Source of the DNA: Eledone cirrhosa
Taxonomy: Eukaryota
Length of the DNA stretch: 64,000 nucleotides
Reading direction: 5' to 3'
Assembly (NCBI GenBank): GCA_964016885.1
Contig: OZ024758.1
Location: forward strand, 2,542,001-2,606,000
The translations under genes and the position numbers were made by a program. Shown piece by piece: positions 1-15,703 of the stretch. The notes under the pieces are model-generated. The model searched no databases. It saw nothing but the letters and a program-made list of their open reading frames with translations, and had not been told where the DNA came from. The stretch's first letter is position 1, and each line of letters starts with the position of its first letter.

Positions 1-34
<34 letters not shown>

Positions 35-83
35 ATATAATATATATAATATATATATAATATATATATATAATACACACACG

Positions 84-123
<40 letters not shown>

Positions 124-1361
124 CTAATACGATCATTATTTCCAGAAATATTAGCCACATCATTAGATAACAAGAAATATTACATATATTATTTATATAT
201 ACCTTAATGCATAATTATTGTGTGTTTGTATATATGTTAGAATATATGTGTCTGTGTGCATGTATGTACGTACGTATGTGTGTGTGTGTGCGTGCGTGTG
301 TGTGTGTATGTATGTATATATGTACGTGTGTATGTATGTGTGACGTATGTATTTATGTGTGTATGTAAGTATGTGTGTATGTAAGTATGTTTGTATGTAA
401 GTATGTGTGTATGTATGGATGGATGGATTGATGGATGAATCGATCTATATATTTGCATCGAAGAGAAATTTTTTAGTTAATAATTCTTGTAGTTAATTAG
501 AAAGTATTGTGTATTATTTATATCTATATAACCAGTTAAATACACGGAACATATTTAATAAAATTGAATAAAATGTTATATACACTCATAAGAATGTATA
601 TAAAATATTCTGAAGATAGATTCTTCATTCTATTTGTGTCATTACAACAGTGATAGTGAGAGACTGTAACCTGTGTTTAGAAGAAGTAGTACAGATTTCG
701 CAATACCATTTGTGTCATTACAATAGTATCTGTGTTTACAACAAGTAGAACAGATTTCACAATAACATTTATGACATTACTATAGAGACAGTGTCAGAAT
801 TTTTCCTCGGGTTTTTGTATTTAGAACATTACGGTCTTCCATAAATAGAGTAGGGTTTGATTTGAGGGAGACTCAGCAGCTATTTCTAGAAGGTCGAGAG
901 TAACCACACGAAGGTTCCCTCATCAGCTTGTATATGTATGTATATATACACCTATATACGGATGCTATATAGTATAAAATTGATTTGTCTTCACTACACA
1001 CAAGACCAATCTCTAAAAAGTCTTCACAACATCAAAACGACAAATGCAAGTTTGACAGTAGCAAAAAGAAAATGCATAAAACATTTAGTCCTGCATTATT
1101 TTTTGCCAACATATATGCATATATTTATGAATGCATCCATGTATATATGCATTTCATTTATTATACAATTAAAAAGACAAAATATATAAAATAAAACGAA
1201 AGAATGGCGTTGTCATAGTTTGATTTCGGAGTTTAATATACATTCTTATTTCCATCTCGGTACAACAAAAAATACTTTCTCATTTTTCCTTTCCATTTCT
1301 TTCTTTCTAACTTTGTTTGTTTGCTTGTTTGTTTGTTTGTTTCTTTCTGTCTTTCTTGCTT

Positions 1362-1438
<77 letters not shown>

Positions 1439-1489
1439 ATGGCTTCTTGTTTTTTCCATTTCCTTGTAAAATCCCAATTACTTTCTTAT

Positions 1490-1580
<91 letters not shown>

Positions 1581-1586
1581 TACATA

Positions 1587-1689
<103 letters not shown>

Positions 1690-2407
1690 AGATTTGAATG
1701 GATACAGTTTAGTTGAAAGGAATTTATTGACACGTGTTTCTATAACAGTTACATAACCTAAAACAGCTGCTATCTACAAACTTTTAGTTATGCAGACATT
1801 CAATATTTCAATGTTATTATTTACTGTCATTTCATCAGAATAATATTACTGAGGACCTATTTAGTTTTTATAGAGAATATTAGGAGGGAGGGGTGAAGTT
1901 GTTAGAAGAATAGTTGAAGGAGTGGTTTTTCGATAGCAGTGAGAATTCTTGGTGGCAGTGAGTAATTAGATTCCCATCTGTTGTTTTGACATTTTTTATA
2001 GAATATATTATTGGTTATTTTTCTAAATCTATAGAAGGATTAGAGATAGTAAAGATATGCGTGGTTGGTTTTGTGTTTGCACTTAATTAACATTCAGACT
2101 TAAATTTTTCTTTCAAGTGTACGTATCCTTTCACACACGCATTCATACACACATATATTTGCACACCTCTACAAAATACATATACTCACAATTCACATAT
2201 TCATACTTACATATATATATACACATGCATACACATATATATACACACATGTATTCATGTACATACATACGCGCTCATGTGTATACATTTTCATACTCAA
2301 CTTATCTTTATATACACACGTATAGACATACACATATATACATACATACTCTAGTCCATGTGTACACACATACACATACATACACATCTATATACACATA
2401 CATACAT

Positions 2408-2520
<113 letters not shown>

Positions 2521-2757
2521 CACTTTAATACATGAATACACTTACATCTAACTATACACATCAAACATATATATATATTTACTTATTTATATACATTTTC
2601 ACATATATATATATACATACTTATAGACGTTTTTAGACACATTCATTATCGCATATTTGCACCTATTCTCATCAGCATATCTTTCCATTATTAGTGTGGT
2701 AATTTAAGGTTATTAATATATGTTGAGAAGAGATTGTTTTTATATTTGTCTAACTAG

Positions 2758-2803
<46 letters not shown>

Positions 2804-2808
2804 ATAAA

Positions 2809-2844
<36 letters not shown>

Positions 2845-3140
2845 CGCGGCATAGTCGAATTGTGAAGAAGTTTGCTTCACAATCACAGAGTGCTTGGTTC
2901 AATCTTACAACGAGGCACCATGTACAACACCCTATAGACCTAAGTATCGTGACTGTAATTGTTTGGAAGCCCGGCAGACAGACCACACCAGTAATTCAAA
3001 GCGTCAGTCTTGTCACACACTATGTCTTACTGAATTTCCCTAAAAGTTATTTTAAGGGTACACGCTTCTGTGAAATGCGCGGCCACTTGCAGATTAATTG
3101 TATGACCAGGTTGTAAACAGATGTCCACTCTCTCTGTTTC

Positions 3141-3213
<73 letters not shown>

Positions 3214-3222
3214 GTGCGTGTG

Positions 3223-3288
<66 letters not shown>

Positions 3289-3393
3289 TATACACACACA
3301 TATATATAAACACACATTTATGTATGTATATATATATATTATTTATACATTAATACATTATATAAATGATATATATATATATATATAAATTCG

Positions 3394-3468
<75 letters not shown>

Positions 3469-3661
3469 ATTAGAAATGAGCAAGTAACAATTCAGTATTT
3501 AACAAGCTTGTCAATGCCACTGGAATGATACTATCAAGTTAACAGCATGAAGCTGTCCACCTCAACATCTCACAATATCTTCTACGGATTGTATTCAGAA
3601 AACTAATGAAATGTTTTACAGATTATTATAGGAAACCAAGCAGAAATGCAAGAAAAGGAAT

Positions 3662-4313
3662 CAGTAACAACAACAGTAACAACAGTAACAACAACAGTAA
3701 CAACAACAGTAATAACAACAGTAACAACAACAGTAGTAACAACAGTAATAACAACAACAGTAATAACAGCAGTAATAACAACAACAGTAACAACAACAAC
3801 AGTAACAACAACAACAGTAATAACAACAGTAATAACAACAACAGTAATAACAGCAGTAATAACAACAGCAGTAATAACAGCAGTAATAACAACAACAGTA
3901 ATAACAACAGTAATAACAACAACAATAATAACAGCAGTAATAACAACAACAGTAATAACAGCAGTAATAACAACAGCAGTAATAACAGCAGTAATAACAA
4001 CAACAGTAATAACAACAACAGTAACAACAACAGTAATAACAGCAGTAATAACAACAACAGTAATAACAGCAGTAATAACAACAGCAGTAATAACAGCAGT
4101 AATAACAGCAGTAATAACAACAACAGTAATAACAACAATAATAACAACAACAGTAATAACAGCAGTAATAACAACAACAATAATAACAGCAGTAATAACA
4201 ACAACAGTAACAACAACAGTAACAACAACAACAACAGTAATAACAACAGTAATAACAACAACAGTAATAACAATAGTAATAACAACAACAGTAATAATAA
4301 CAACAACAGTAAC
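3662..4313. repeat. Complex trinucleotide repeat (AAC/AAT/AGT/AGC)
   Basis: Direct inspection. Confidence 0.95.
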
Positions 4314-4430
4314 AAGTGTGCCCTATGTTCCATTTTGGTATATTGGTGGAGTACTGATGAGTTTTTCCCATCTTGGAGTTCTCGCCTGTGCTCATTTATT
4401 TTTTTCTCCTTTTGCTACGTAGCAACTTTA

Positions 4431-4566
4431 GTCCAGAAATAGCCGTCGAAACGGCTTGAGCTCTGCCGTCGGGGTCATACTTTCTCCTATTACCCACTCT
4501 ACTACCCTAAGTATTGAGTACTCTGGTGCGTTATGGTCCATTTGGTTCCTTACCACAACTCCTCCG

Positions 4567-4568
<2 letters not shown>
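4431..4568 (+). mobile_element. Family P single arm
   Basis: Near-identical to 20771-20915 and the reverse complement of 15331-15465; it ends in (TA)n. Confidence 0.85.
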
Positions 4569-4596
<28 letters not shown>

Positions 4597-4603
<7 letters not shown>

Positions 4604-4734
4604 CGTCCCTTTACGATCTGAGTTCAAATCCCGCCGAGGTTGACATTGCCTTTCATCCTTACAGGGTCGATAAAATAAAGTACCAGTAATGCACTGGGTA
4701 TTTGCTGGCCTTGTGCCTAAAGTAGAGACAATTA
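4597..4734 (+). mobile_element. tRNA-derived SINE family A, 5'-truncated
   Basis: B-box gagttcaaatccc, central gcctttcatccttac..ggtcgataaaataaagtaccag, tail gtagagacaatta. Confidence 0.85.
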
Positions 4735-5068
4735 CTTATGTATGTATGTATGTATGTATGTATGTATGTATGTATGTATGTATGTATGTATGTATTCAAG
4801 TATATATGTATGTATGTTTGTATGTGTGTATGTATGTATGCAAGTATATATGTATGTATGTATGTTTGTATGTGTGTATGTATGTATGCAAGTATATATG
4901 CATGTGTATATATATATATGTATGTCTGCATGTCTGTATGTATGTATGTGTGTATGTACGTATATGTCCATGCATGTATTTTATATATATGTATGCATGT
5001 ATGTATGTATATATGTATGTATGTATCTGTGTATGTATAAATGTATGCATGTATGTATATATACATGT

Positions 5069-5123
<55 letters not shown>

Positions 5124-5687
5124 TACATATATATATATATATATGTATGTATCTATGTATGCATAGAAGTGTGTCTGTCTGTATGTATGTATGTATGTAT
5201 GCATATAAACGTGAATGTATGTACAGATGTTTACCGTGATTTGAAACTTCAGTTGTTTTGAGGTTTAATCAAAGCAACTAAAATAGAGAGCTTTTAGGTA
5301 TTTATACGAGGAAAATTCTATAAACGTTATGGAGGCAAGGAAAATTATATTTGTGTTGATTTGAGTAATTTTGGCTCTCTTTCAGATCGTGGTGGCAAAT
5401 TAAATTCTAGTTTTTGAAGTTGAAAAATCCTTAAAATAACTTTTGAGACGAAGGAAAATCTTCTATAAATAGAAATTACTTTATTGTGGATAAAATACGA
5501 CTCTAATAGAATTTGGGTTTGTGATTACGACTGATAATTTGGAACCTAATGATCATTGAAAATTGAAACTTAAAGGTCACTTTAAGTTGAAAGAGGGTTG
5601 AGAGATAGTAATGCTGGGAAGTGTGTGAAGAAAGAACGTGTGTACGTGTATGTGTTTGGTGCTGTGTGTTTGTTGTTACATTGAGGT

Positions 5688-7511
<1,824 letters not shown>

Positions 7512-7722
7512 GGATGTAAAGAGTTCTATGGTAATCTTCACCCAGTCATTAATTATGGGTAGGAGAAATCTGCTACTTTTACCTTAAACAGAAGAATTTC
7601 ATATCAGAAGAAATCAAAGGAAAATGAAGTAAATTGAAGATTAAAGACCTCAGACTAAAACCTTCGATTACGGTTTCTCGACTGATAGGTAGGCGAGGAA
7701 TTAAGAAGACAAGGGAAGGAAA

Positions 7723-8160
7723 TAATTGTTTCTACTTTTGGCACAAGGCCAGCAATTACTCAGTGTATTACTGGTACTTTATTTTATCGACCCCGTAAGG
7801 ATGAAAGGCAAAGTTAACCTCGGCGGGATACGATCTGAGTTCAAATCCCGCCGAGGTTAACTTTGCCTTTCATCCTTACGGGGTCAATAAAATAAAGTAC
7901 CAGTAATGTACTGGGTAATTGCTGGCCTTGTGCCAAAAAGTAGAAACAATTATATTACTTGGAGTGGTGGATTGGCAGTGACGGTAGAGGGCCGGACAGC
8001 ATGCTTTGACGCACAGTGTTACGCCCCGTTACCTTCTGAGTTCAAATCCCACCGAGGATAACTTTGCTTTTCATCCTTACGAAATGAGTAAAATAAAGTA
8101 CCATTAATATACTGGGATAATTGCTGGCCTTGTTCCAAAAGTAGAACCAATTATATTACT
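7723..8160. mobile_element. Cluster of three SINE A copies: inverted pair (7723-7829 -, 7830-7952 +) plus a full-length copy (7960-8152 +)
   Basis: Sequence identity to family A; caattatattact is repeated at 7947-7959 and 8148-8160. Confidence 0.9.
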
Positions 8161-8333
8161 AGTGATATTTGGGAAGGCTACTTATCAAAGTTCAAACTGT
8201 TCCAATACCTCAAGAGGAAAAGCCCAAATGTTAACAGCTCAGCAAAGTTTTTATGTGGGGGAATATAGAAAAAGTATTTAGGTGTGTTTGAAAGCAATAG
8301 AGATGTTTTGATGTTATTACACCACCTGACATT

Positions 8334-8490
8334 GGATTGGAAGTATCGATAGAGCGGCGGGCACCATGCTTCACAACATAGAGTTACAGGCCTTTATGTT
8401 TTGAGTACAAATCTTGTCGAGGTTAGCTTTGCCTTTCATCATTACTGGGTCGATAAAATAAAATACCAGTAATGCACTGGAGTAATTGAC
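8334..8490 (+). mobile_element. SINE A, diverged
   Basis: Head, B-box remnant and central domain are present. Confidence 0.75.
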
Positions 8491-8885
8491 GTCTCGGATT
8501 TCTAGAAATTTCTAATCTAACATTCAGCTTTTGCAACGTTGGTATAAAATTCGCAATAAATATAATCTGTTAAGTTGGAGTAGGTGATATTTTCAAGTAT
8601 TGTTGAAAAGTAGTTTAAAATGAAATTAAAAAAGGAAAAGAGAAGAATTATGACACGAGTAACATTCCAATCATCTGGATGACAACAATATCGACAACTA
8701 GGGAGAATTACATAGATTGATAACAACAACAACAACAACAACAATAATGATGATGATGATGGTGGTGATGTTGGGGATTTTAATGATGATGATGATGGTG
8801 GTGGTCATGTTAGTGATTATAATGATGATGATGATGATGATGATAGATGTAATAATAATAATAATAATAATAATAATAGTAATAA

Positions 8886-9019
8886 TAATTGTTTCTACTT
8901 TAGGCACAAGGCCAGCAGTTACCCCAGTACATTACTGGTACTTTATTTTATCGACCCCGCAAGGATGAAAGGCAAAGTCAACCGCGGCAGGATTTGAACT
9001 CAGATCGTAAAGGGACGTA
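8886..9019 (-). mobile_element. SINE A, 5'-truncated
   Basis: Reverse complement of family A with an (AAT)n tail. Confidence 0.85.
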
Positions 9020-9802
9020 TAATAATAGTAATAAAAATAATAAAAATAATGATAACAATAACAACAACAACAACAATAACTAAACTATACAATATATGCT
9101 GATTTTACGAATTTCTAAATCTAAGGGAAACAACAACAATAACAACAACAACAGCAACAACCACCACCACCACAACGACAACAACAAACACCACCACAAC
9201 AACAACAACAACAACAACAATAACAACAACCACGACCACCACCACTTCCACCACAACAACAACAACCTCCACAACCTATCCCACCACACCACCACCACAA
9301 CAACAACAACCACCACCACCACAACAACAACAACCACAACCACCACCACAACAACAACAATATATTAAGTAATCTTTTCTCAGCCAAGAGCTGGTGCCAC
9401 CATTAGAAATCACTTGAACACAACAAGGTTCAAATATATATTTTTATAACCATTTTCCCGCTACTTTATAAGAAATAAAAAAACAACAAGACTTTGATAA
9501 CTGTGAAGATGTATGAGGTAGTTTGATTAAAAACTACCTGAGGCTGTTTTAATCCTCATAACACAGACGCCGTTTTACAAACTACATTTCTTGTTAACAG
9601 ATATATCTTAATCTTTAAGTTGCTATCACCGAAAGGTATACTAGATGAATATTTTAGTTGTTAATTAATCATTTATGTTACATAATCATTGAATTATTGT
9701 GTAAGTGAAGGAAAATATTCTACATATATTTATTCTGTTAAAGAATGCTCAAAGAGAATCAGAGAAATATACATTAGGTACAATATTGTACCATTTTTAA
9801 TG

Positions 9803-9957
9803 GGTAAAGGCCTTCTTCGGTCACGAATGACCATAGAGGGGGTTTGGATTTTGAAAATTACCCTCCGAGGTACAAGTCTGGGTAAAGTGTTTTTGTGGAA
9901 GACCAGCAGTCGCATATTTATAACAGTTTCCCCTCCCCACGCCACCGATGTTGTCCA
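9803..9957 (-). mobile_element. SINE B 3' part
   Basis: Homologous to about 33870-34020. Confidence 0.75.
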
Positions 9958-9993
9958 TACACTTACATACACATATATATACATATATATATG

Positions 9994-10205
9994 TATGTAA
10001 AAGGTAAACAGAAATAACAACACAATAGGTACAGTATATGGAAGGGATATATTAAGTTAACACTTGATATAGCAGGAAGAGGGTCTTAACGTTTCGGACG
10101 CTATTCCTTCATCAGAAGAAAGAATGAGAAATAAGATAGATTGAGGGGACGGGCGGGATGGAATTGGAAAAAAATGTCTTTAGAAAAAAAAATAACAGGT
10201 CCATT
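9994..10205 (-). mobile_element. (TA)n-flanked hammerhead-bearing Penelope-like non-autonomous element, family H1
   Basis: Homologous to 14125-14262. Its 3' part recurs at about 35482-35552, 45325-45376 and 62205-62234, always next to TA/CA microsatellite. Confidence 0.6.
10084..10119 (-). ncRNA. Minimal type I hammerhead ribozyme motif (family H1)
   Basis: Minus strand reads UCUU-CUGAUGA-A-GGA(auagcg)UCC-GAAA-CG-UU|AAGA. Stem I is UCUU/AAGA, the core is intact, and helix III is the palindrome ACGU. Confidence 0.8.
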
Positions 10206-10312
10206 CATGTTGACATCTCTATATATACATATGTACATATATATACATATCTACATATATATACATATATACATATATATACATATATACATATATATAC
10301 ATATATACATAT

Positions 10313-10421
10313 GTCATCTGATTCTGGTGTTGAAATCCAAGACTTGGCAATGGCAATGAACGACAGACCCACGTGGAGATCAATTGTTGAGTCCATTTCG
10401 GCTGAGGCCGCTGGATGATGA
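10313..10421 (+). mobile_element. RTE-type LINE 3' end
   Basis: Encodes SDSGVEIQDLAMAMNDRPTWRSIV (typical AM-DR--WR terminus) followed by (GAT)n. Confidence 0.7.
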
Positions 10422-10440
10422 TATATACATACATACTTAT

Positions 10441-10853
10441 ATGGTGGCTGCCAACTCGTTTTCGAGTACGGCCACTACTTTATATCCATGTAGGAGAACT
10501 CCTACCGATGCGCTGAACGAGTGTGACTTTTTAGTCCAGCCAGCGACTTGAAAAATCTGGTACAAACACTACACTTGTGACAATTATTGACACATAGTGC
10601 TGGGCCCTTGGTACCATATGACGACAAGTGCAGAGAGATCTCCAGATATAAAGCAATGCCTGTGCCGTGAAGCTTTTATAGTGAGCAAAGGCACTGCACA
10701 AAGCCAGTCCCACTCTCTTAACCAAAATGATATTTACCAAAAAGAAGAACAAATCAACATCATTGGATAACATCAGGGTTGCAGGTGTTATATCAGAGTT
10801 TTCCTTCTCCTAGAATTCTGCCTTGACAAAGGCTAAGGGGTCATCTCTCCCGG
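10441..10853 (-). mobile_element. About 410-bp non-autonomous retroelement, probably RTE-derived
   Basis: Highly similar inverted copy at 54182-54588 with the same boundaries. It contains the RTE-5'-like motif tctaggagaaggaaaactctg and has a (ATGT)n tail. Confidence 0.75.
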
Positions 10854-11245
10854 ACATACTTATATACATACATACATACTTACTTACTCAGATACTTATA
10901 TACATATATACATACTTACTTACTCAATACTTATATACATACATACATACGTACTTACTCATATACATACACACATACATAAATATAGATAGATAGATAG
11001 ATTGATACATACATACACACATACCTACCTACCTACATACATACATACATATTTACATATTTACATACACACATACCTACCTACATACACACATACATAC
11101 CTACCTACCTACCTACATACCTACATATTTACATACACACATACCTACCTACTTACATACATACATATTTACATACACACATACCTACCTACATACACAC
11201 CTACCTACCAACCTACATACATACATACATACATACATACATACA

Positions 11246-11280
<35 letters not shown>

Positions 11281-11601
11281 TTACCATGTTGATACCTAAA
11301 TGAAAGAGTCTTGTTTTTATGTTAGAAGCCGTCTATTGGTGAAAATGTATAAAATAATCAAACCTGAAGAACATACATAGATGAAAGTTGAAAGTTGGCC
11401 ACTGGAAGCTGTGGGCTTCAGACAAAGAAATACATCAAATCCTTTTAATACATTTTGTTTGTAGAGCTGTGAACATATGCAATACTTTCATCAAATTCAA
11501 CATATAATTCTTTATTGTGGTTGTTTTCTAAATTCTAGCGACAGAGGCTTTGTATGAAGATTTCAAAGAATTATTTATGTAGCTAACGTACATGCTTACA
11601 T

Positions 11602-11654
<53 letters not shown>

Positions 11655-12584
11655 GAAATATATGGAGAATATATATACATAAATAAATATATAATACATA
11701 CATACACATATGCATACATAAATACATGCATACATATATATATATATACATATATACATGCATACATACACGCACACACGCATGCAATATATATATATAT
11801 ATATATATATTATGAATACTGTTGGCCTTTTGCTACAATATTTTCTATACCTTTCATATATATATACATGCATATACATGCATAAATACATACATACAAA
11901 TACGTACATATTTACATACATAAACACACACAAATACATATATGCATACACACATACATACATTCATACACACACATATACATACGCATATACATATATA
12001 CAGGCACACACATACATACACACACACACATACATACACACATACACACATATCTACATACTCACATACACATAGATACATAACATAGATACCCACATAA
12101 ATATACATACATACATATACATACATATACATACATACACCTATATATATATCCATACACACATACATACATGTAGATATATGTAGACATGTTTTCCTTA
12201 TTGACTACATACAACGGCATTTATCTAAATTAAAAATTACCGAAATACTATGCCTAGACATGATTTTTAGCTTAGTGTAACCAATTTCCAAAAGTGAAAT
12301 TCATTAGGCTCTGCTATATTTTACCAACCCTTCCAACCTCCTTTACATAAACAGATTGAACAAATATACACAATTAATCTAGAAGGGTTTGTTTATCTAG
12401 CTTTTGGATTGGACACTAGATTAATATTATTTATAAAAAATAATTCGCTAACATATCCTCATGTATAACAAAGAACAACATAAAAATACAAGATAAAGCT
12501 TCGTATCAATAAATCGATAACTTAGAATCTGCTTTTGTGGGGTTTAAGTTGAGTTAAATATGGCAATGTATGAATAACTAGCTG

Positions 12585-13117
12585 TAAATAACAGCTTCAT
12601 TAACATCAGTATATTTTATAGAAAACAGAAACTATCGCTATAACAATAACAGTTAAATAACAGCAGTATATTTTATATAAAACAGAAACTATCGCTATAA
12701 CAATAACAACTCCATTAACAGCAGTATATTCTATATAAAACAGAAACTATCTCTACAATAATAACTTCATTAACTGCAGTATATTCTATATAAAACAGAA
12801 ACTAACACTACAATAACTTCATTAACTGCAGTATATTTTATATAAAACAGAAAATATCTCTATAAAAATAACAGCTTCATTAACTGCAGTATATTTTATA
12901 GAAAACAGAAAATATCTCTACAATAATAACTTCATTAAAATTAGTATATTCTATATAAAACAGAAACTATCACTACAATAACAGCTTCATTATCAGCAAT
13001 AAACTCTACATAAAACAGAAATATCTCTACTATAACAGCTTCATTAGTAACAGTATATTCTATAGAAAACAGCATCATTAACAGCAGTATATTCTATAGA
13101 AAACAGAAACTATTACA
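12585..13117. repeat. Minisatellite with a roughly 55-60-bp unit, about 9 copies
   Basis: Unit taacagcttcattaacagcagtatattctatataaaacagaaactatctctacaa. Confidence 0.9.
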
Positions 13118-14143
13118 AGTTCAATATCCTCGTAAATTTGGACGGTTTTAGCAACAAAACAGACAAAAATAACAGCAATAACAATTACTTTTATTTTGTC
13201 AGTTAAAATGGCTACCATGATGGAATAGCTGACATGATGGAATGGCTACCAGTAAAGGGGTCGGAGTAACTCTAATGAGGGTGGAGTGGAATGGCAGAGA
13301 CATGAGAACCTCAATATTTTTTCTGGCTTTATTAATTCAAATCCCAAATTTTGTCTTCCGGTGTTGATGAAATAAAGTACCGAACATTGTCCTTACTACT
13401 TCCGGTGAAATAAAGTAGCAGTTGTGTTCTAGAGTCGATATTATTAACGGTTCTCTTGTTTCAAATTGTACAGTCACACTTTGAAAATGGAAAGAGAAAT
13501 CGGATAATGTAGTCATATATACGCAATGTAAGGGTTAAGAACGGGTTGGTGATGGGTGGAACATCATAAGTCTTCTTAGTGCTGAGTTGGAGATAAACAA
13601 CAATAATAACAACATCACATGCATACATACCAGGCACACCTGGCCTTTCAACTCCATTGATAAATAGCCCAATTAGAACTGAACAACAGCTACACCGAAT
13701 AAATATAGAAATCTCGTGAGAATACCGTATCATACCGCAACATTACACTAATCAATATCAGAATCTCACACACAAAAAATGACTAACATTCTAGAAGCTC
13801 TTTCAATAACTCATACAGTAGACGTAAAAGTTGAAAATAAATACGAAAATTGATTTGCTTATACGATAAACTCTGAATTGCACAAAATGTATCAAACATA
13901 GAGATATTTCCAGCCAATGAGGGAAGCTCTATTCCAGCAATAGAGATGCTAGACATAGTAACCAAGTCTCCTTCAAACACTATCCTCTGGACTTAAAAGA
14001 GAGGAAGCCACATTGGATTATGTGGGCTTGGGTTCATACAGCCCGACAAAAGACCTGTATGGTCACAACGTGAGTTTTTTTTATATGTAGTATGTCTGCA
14101 GGGGAATTACAGAAACAATAATGTATATATAGCAGGAAGAGGG

Positions 14144-14179
14144 TCTTAACGTTTGGGACACTAGTCCTTCATCAGAAGA
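14144..14179 (-). ncRNA. Mutated hammerhead motif (family H1, G12 to C)
   Basis: UCUU-CUGAUGA-A-GGAC(uagu)GUCC-CAAA-CG-UU|AAGA; GAAA is changed to CAAA. Confidence 0.65.
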
Positions 14180-14287
14180 AAGAATGAAAATTAAGATAGA
14201 TTGAAGGGACGGACTGGTTGGAATTGGCAAAAATGTCTTTAGATAAAAATAACAGGTGCCCATATATACATATATATATATATATAT

Positions 14288-14523
14288 ATATTAAAATACA
14301 AATATTAATAAAATAGATGTTCTTTTGATCAATTAAATTTTATTATACATATTTCAGAGGTACAACAGTACGTCCTCATCAGACAAAATATAGTGATACA
14401 TGACATACCCTGTATCATTATATTTTGTCTAATGAGGACGTACTGTTGTACCTCTGAAATATGTATAATAAAATTTAATTGATCAAAAGAACATCTATTT
14501 TATTAATATTTGTATTTTAATAT
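14288..14523. repeat. Near-perfect palindrome with about 113-bp arms and a 10-nt spacer; each arm holds a hammerhead motif
   Basis: 14288-14400 is the reverse complement of 14411-14523 with 2 mismatches; the spacer is tgacataccc. Confidence 0.95.
14337..14389 (-). ncRNA. Hammerhead ribozyme motif (family H2a)
   Basis: AUUUUGU-CUGAUGA-GGACGUAC(uguu)GUACCUCU-GAAA-UAUGUA-UA|AUAAAAU. The mirror copy at 14422-14474 (+) has CUAAUGA (G5A). Confidence 0.7.
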
Positions 14524-15139
14524 TAATAACTCTGGAAAATTATTTTACTGTAGAGTGCTTCCAATCTACTGTAAAACTCATTCTTTGATGTGCTCATTGA
14601 ATCCTCTTTAACTCTTATATATATATATATATATAAATCGGTGCTACAAACTTTTGGTACTTAGATTAGATGGACTGGAATGTTAAGTGTGATGATGTTT
14701 ATAGCCTAAGGTCAATTCTTATCGAAGAGAGTTATATTCCAAGGAATTACAACAGTAACTATCCCATCCTTTCAAGGCTATCTAGTATAATATTATTCAT
14801 TATATCTTTTCCTTTTTTAAATGATAGTAGGGTGCAATTTAAGAAAGGGAATTAATTATAATCTCTAGCGTGTACAACTGTTTAGAGGGTCACTGATTGT
14901 CCAATGAAAATCGAGTATAATTGCAATGCGGTGCTGTATCGGTGACAACATACGATATGTCAATATTTTGGTCGCCATTTCAACACCGTATTGACTCAAT
15001 GAGTGGGACTGTCAACAGAGTACGTTAGAAAGGTGTATCAATATTTGAGTATTGCAACGAATTTAGATAACTTGTCCTCTCCTATATAACATTTAAATTA
15101 ATGTAGAAGACTCAACAAATGATGCTCTCTCATAAACAC

Positions 15140-15184
<45 letters not shown>

Positions 15185-15280
15185 GAAACATATATATAGA
15201 TATATATACACATAGTAATGATAAATGTAAAGACTAAAATACGAAGAGGTCTCGTTAAGGATTATATACTCTGTATATAT

Positions 15281-15330
<50 letters not shown>

Positions 15331-15332
<2 letters not shown>

Positions 15333-15521
15333 CGGAGTTGTGGTAAGGAACCAGATGGACCATAGCGCACCAGAGTACTCAATACTTAGGGTAATAGAGG
15401 GGGTAATAGGAGAAAGTATGACCCCGACAGCAGAGCTCAAGCCGTTTCGACGGCTATTTCTGGACAGAAATAGCCGTCGAAACGGCTTGAGCTTTGCCGT
15501 CGGGGTCATACTTTCTCCTAT
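15331..15521. mobile_element. Palindromic (TA)n-flanked element, family P
   Basis: The left arm and a truncated right arm are inverted around ggac (15462-15465). The right arm contains GAAAC-GGC..GCC-GUC. Confidence 0.8.
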
Positions 15522-15530
15522 ATATATAGT

Positions 15531-15703
15531 AATAATAATAAACGTGAAGACTAAAATCCAAAGAGGGCGTGATAAGGATAAATATATATCAAATATATAA
15601 GAACCCTAGTGCAAATATAAAAATAACAGATTAAAGTTTCAGAAGATCCCGTTAAGGGTGAAAGCAACGATTCTTTGCTTAAACTTTAATCTGTTATTTT
15701 AAT
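15531..15703. mobile_element. (TA)n-flanked element with internal inversion (family H6)
   Basis: 15531-15639 matches 25490-25580 in the same orientation. About 15637-15703 is the reverse complement of about 25558-25625. Confidence 0.7.

Noticed and set aside
3606-4442. Asn/Ser-, Thr- or poly-Leu ORFs
   Set aside because: Trinucleotide repeat lacking stops, with no non-repetitive domain.
15637-15680. Hammerhead-like CAGAAGA-UCCC..GGGU-GAAA in family H6 (also 25585-25625 on the minus strand)
   Set aside because: U4 is A in both copies and no convincing stem I or cleavage triplet is present. It is kept only as a repeat family.
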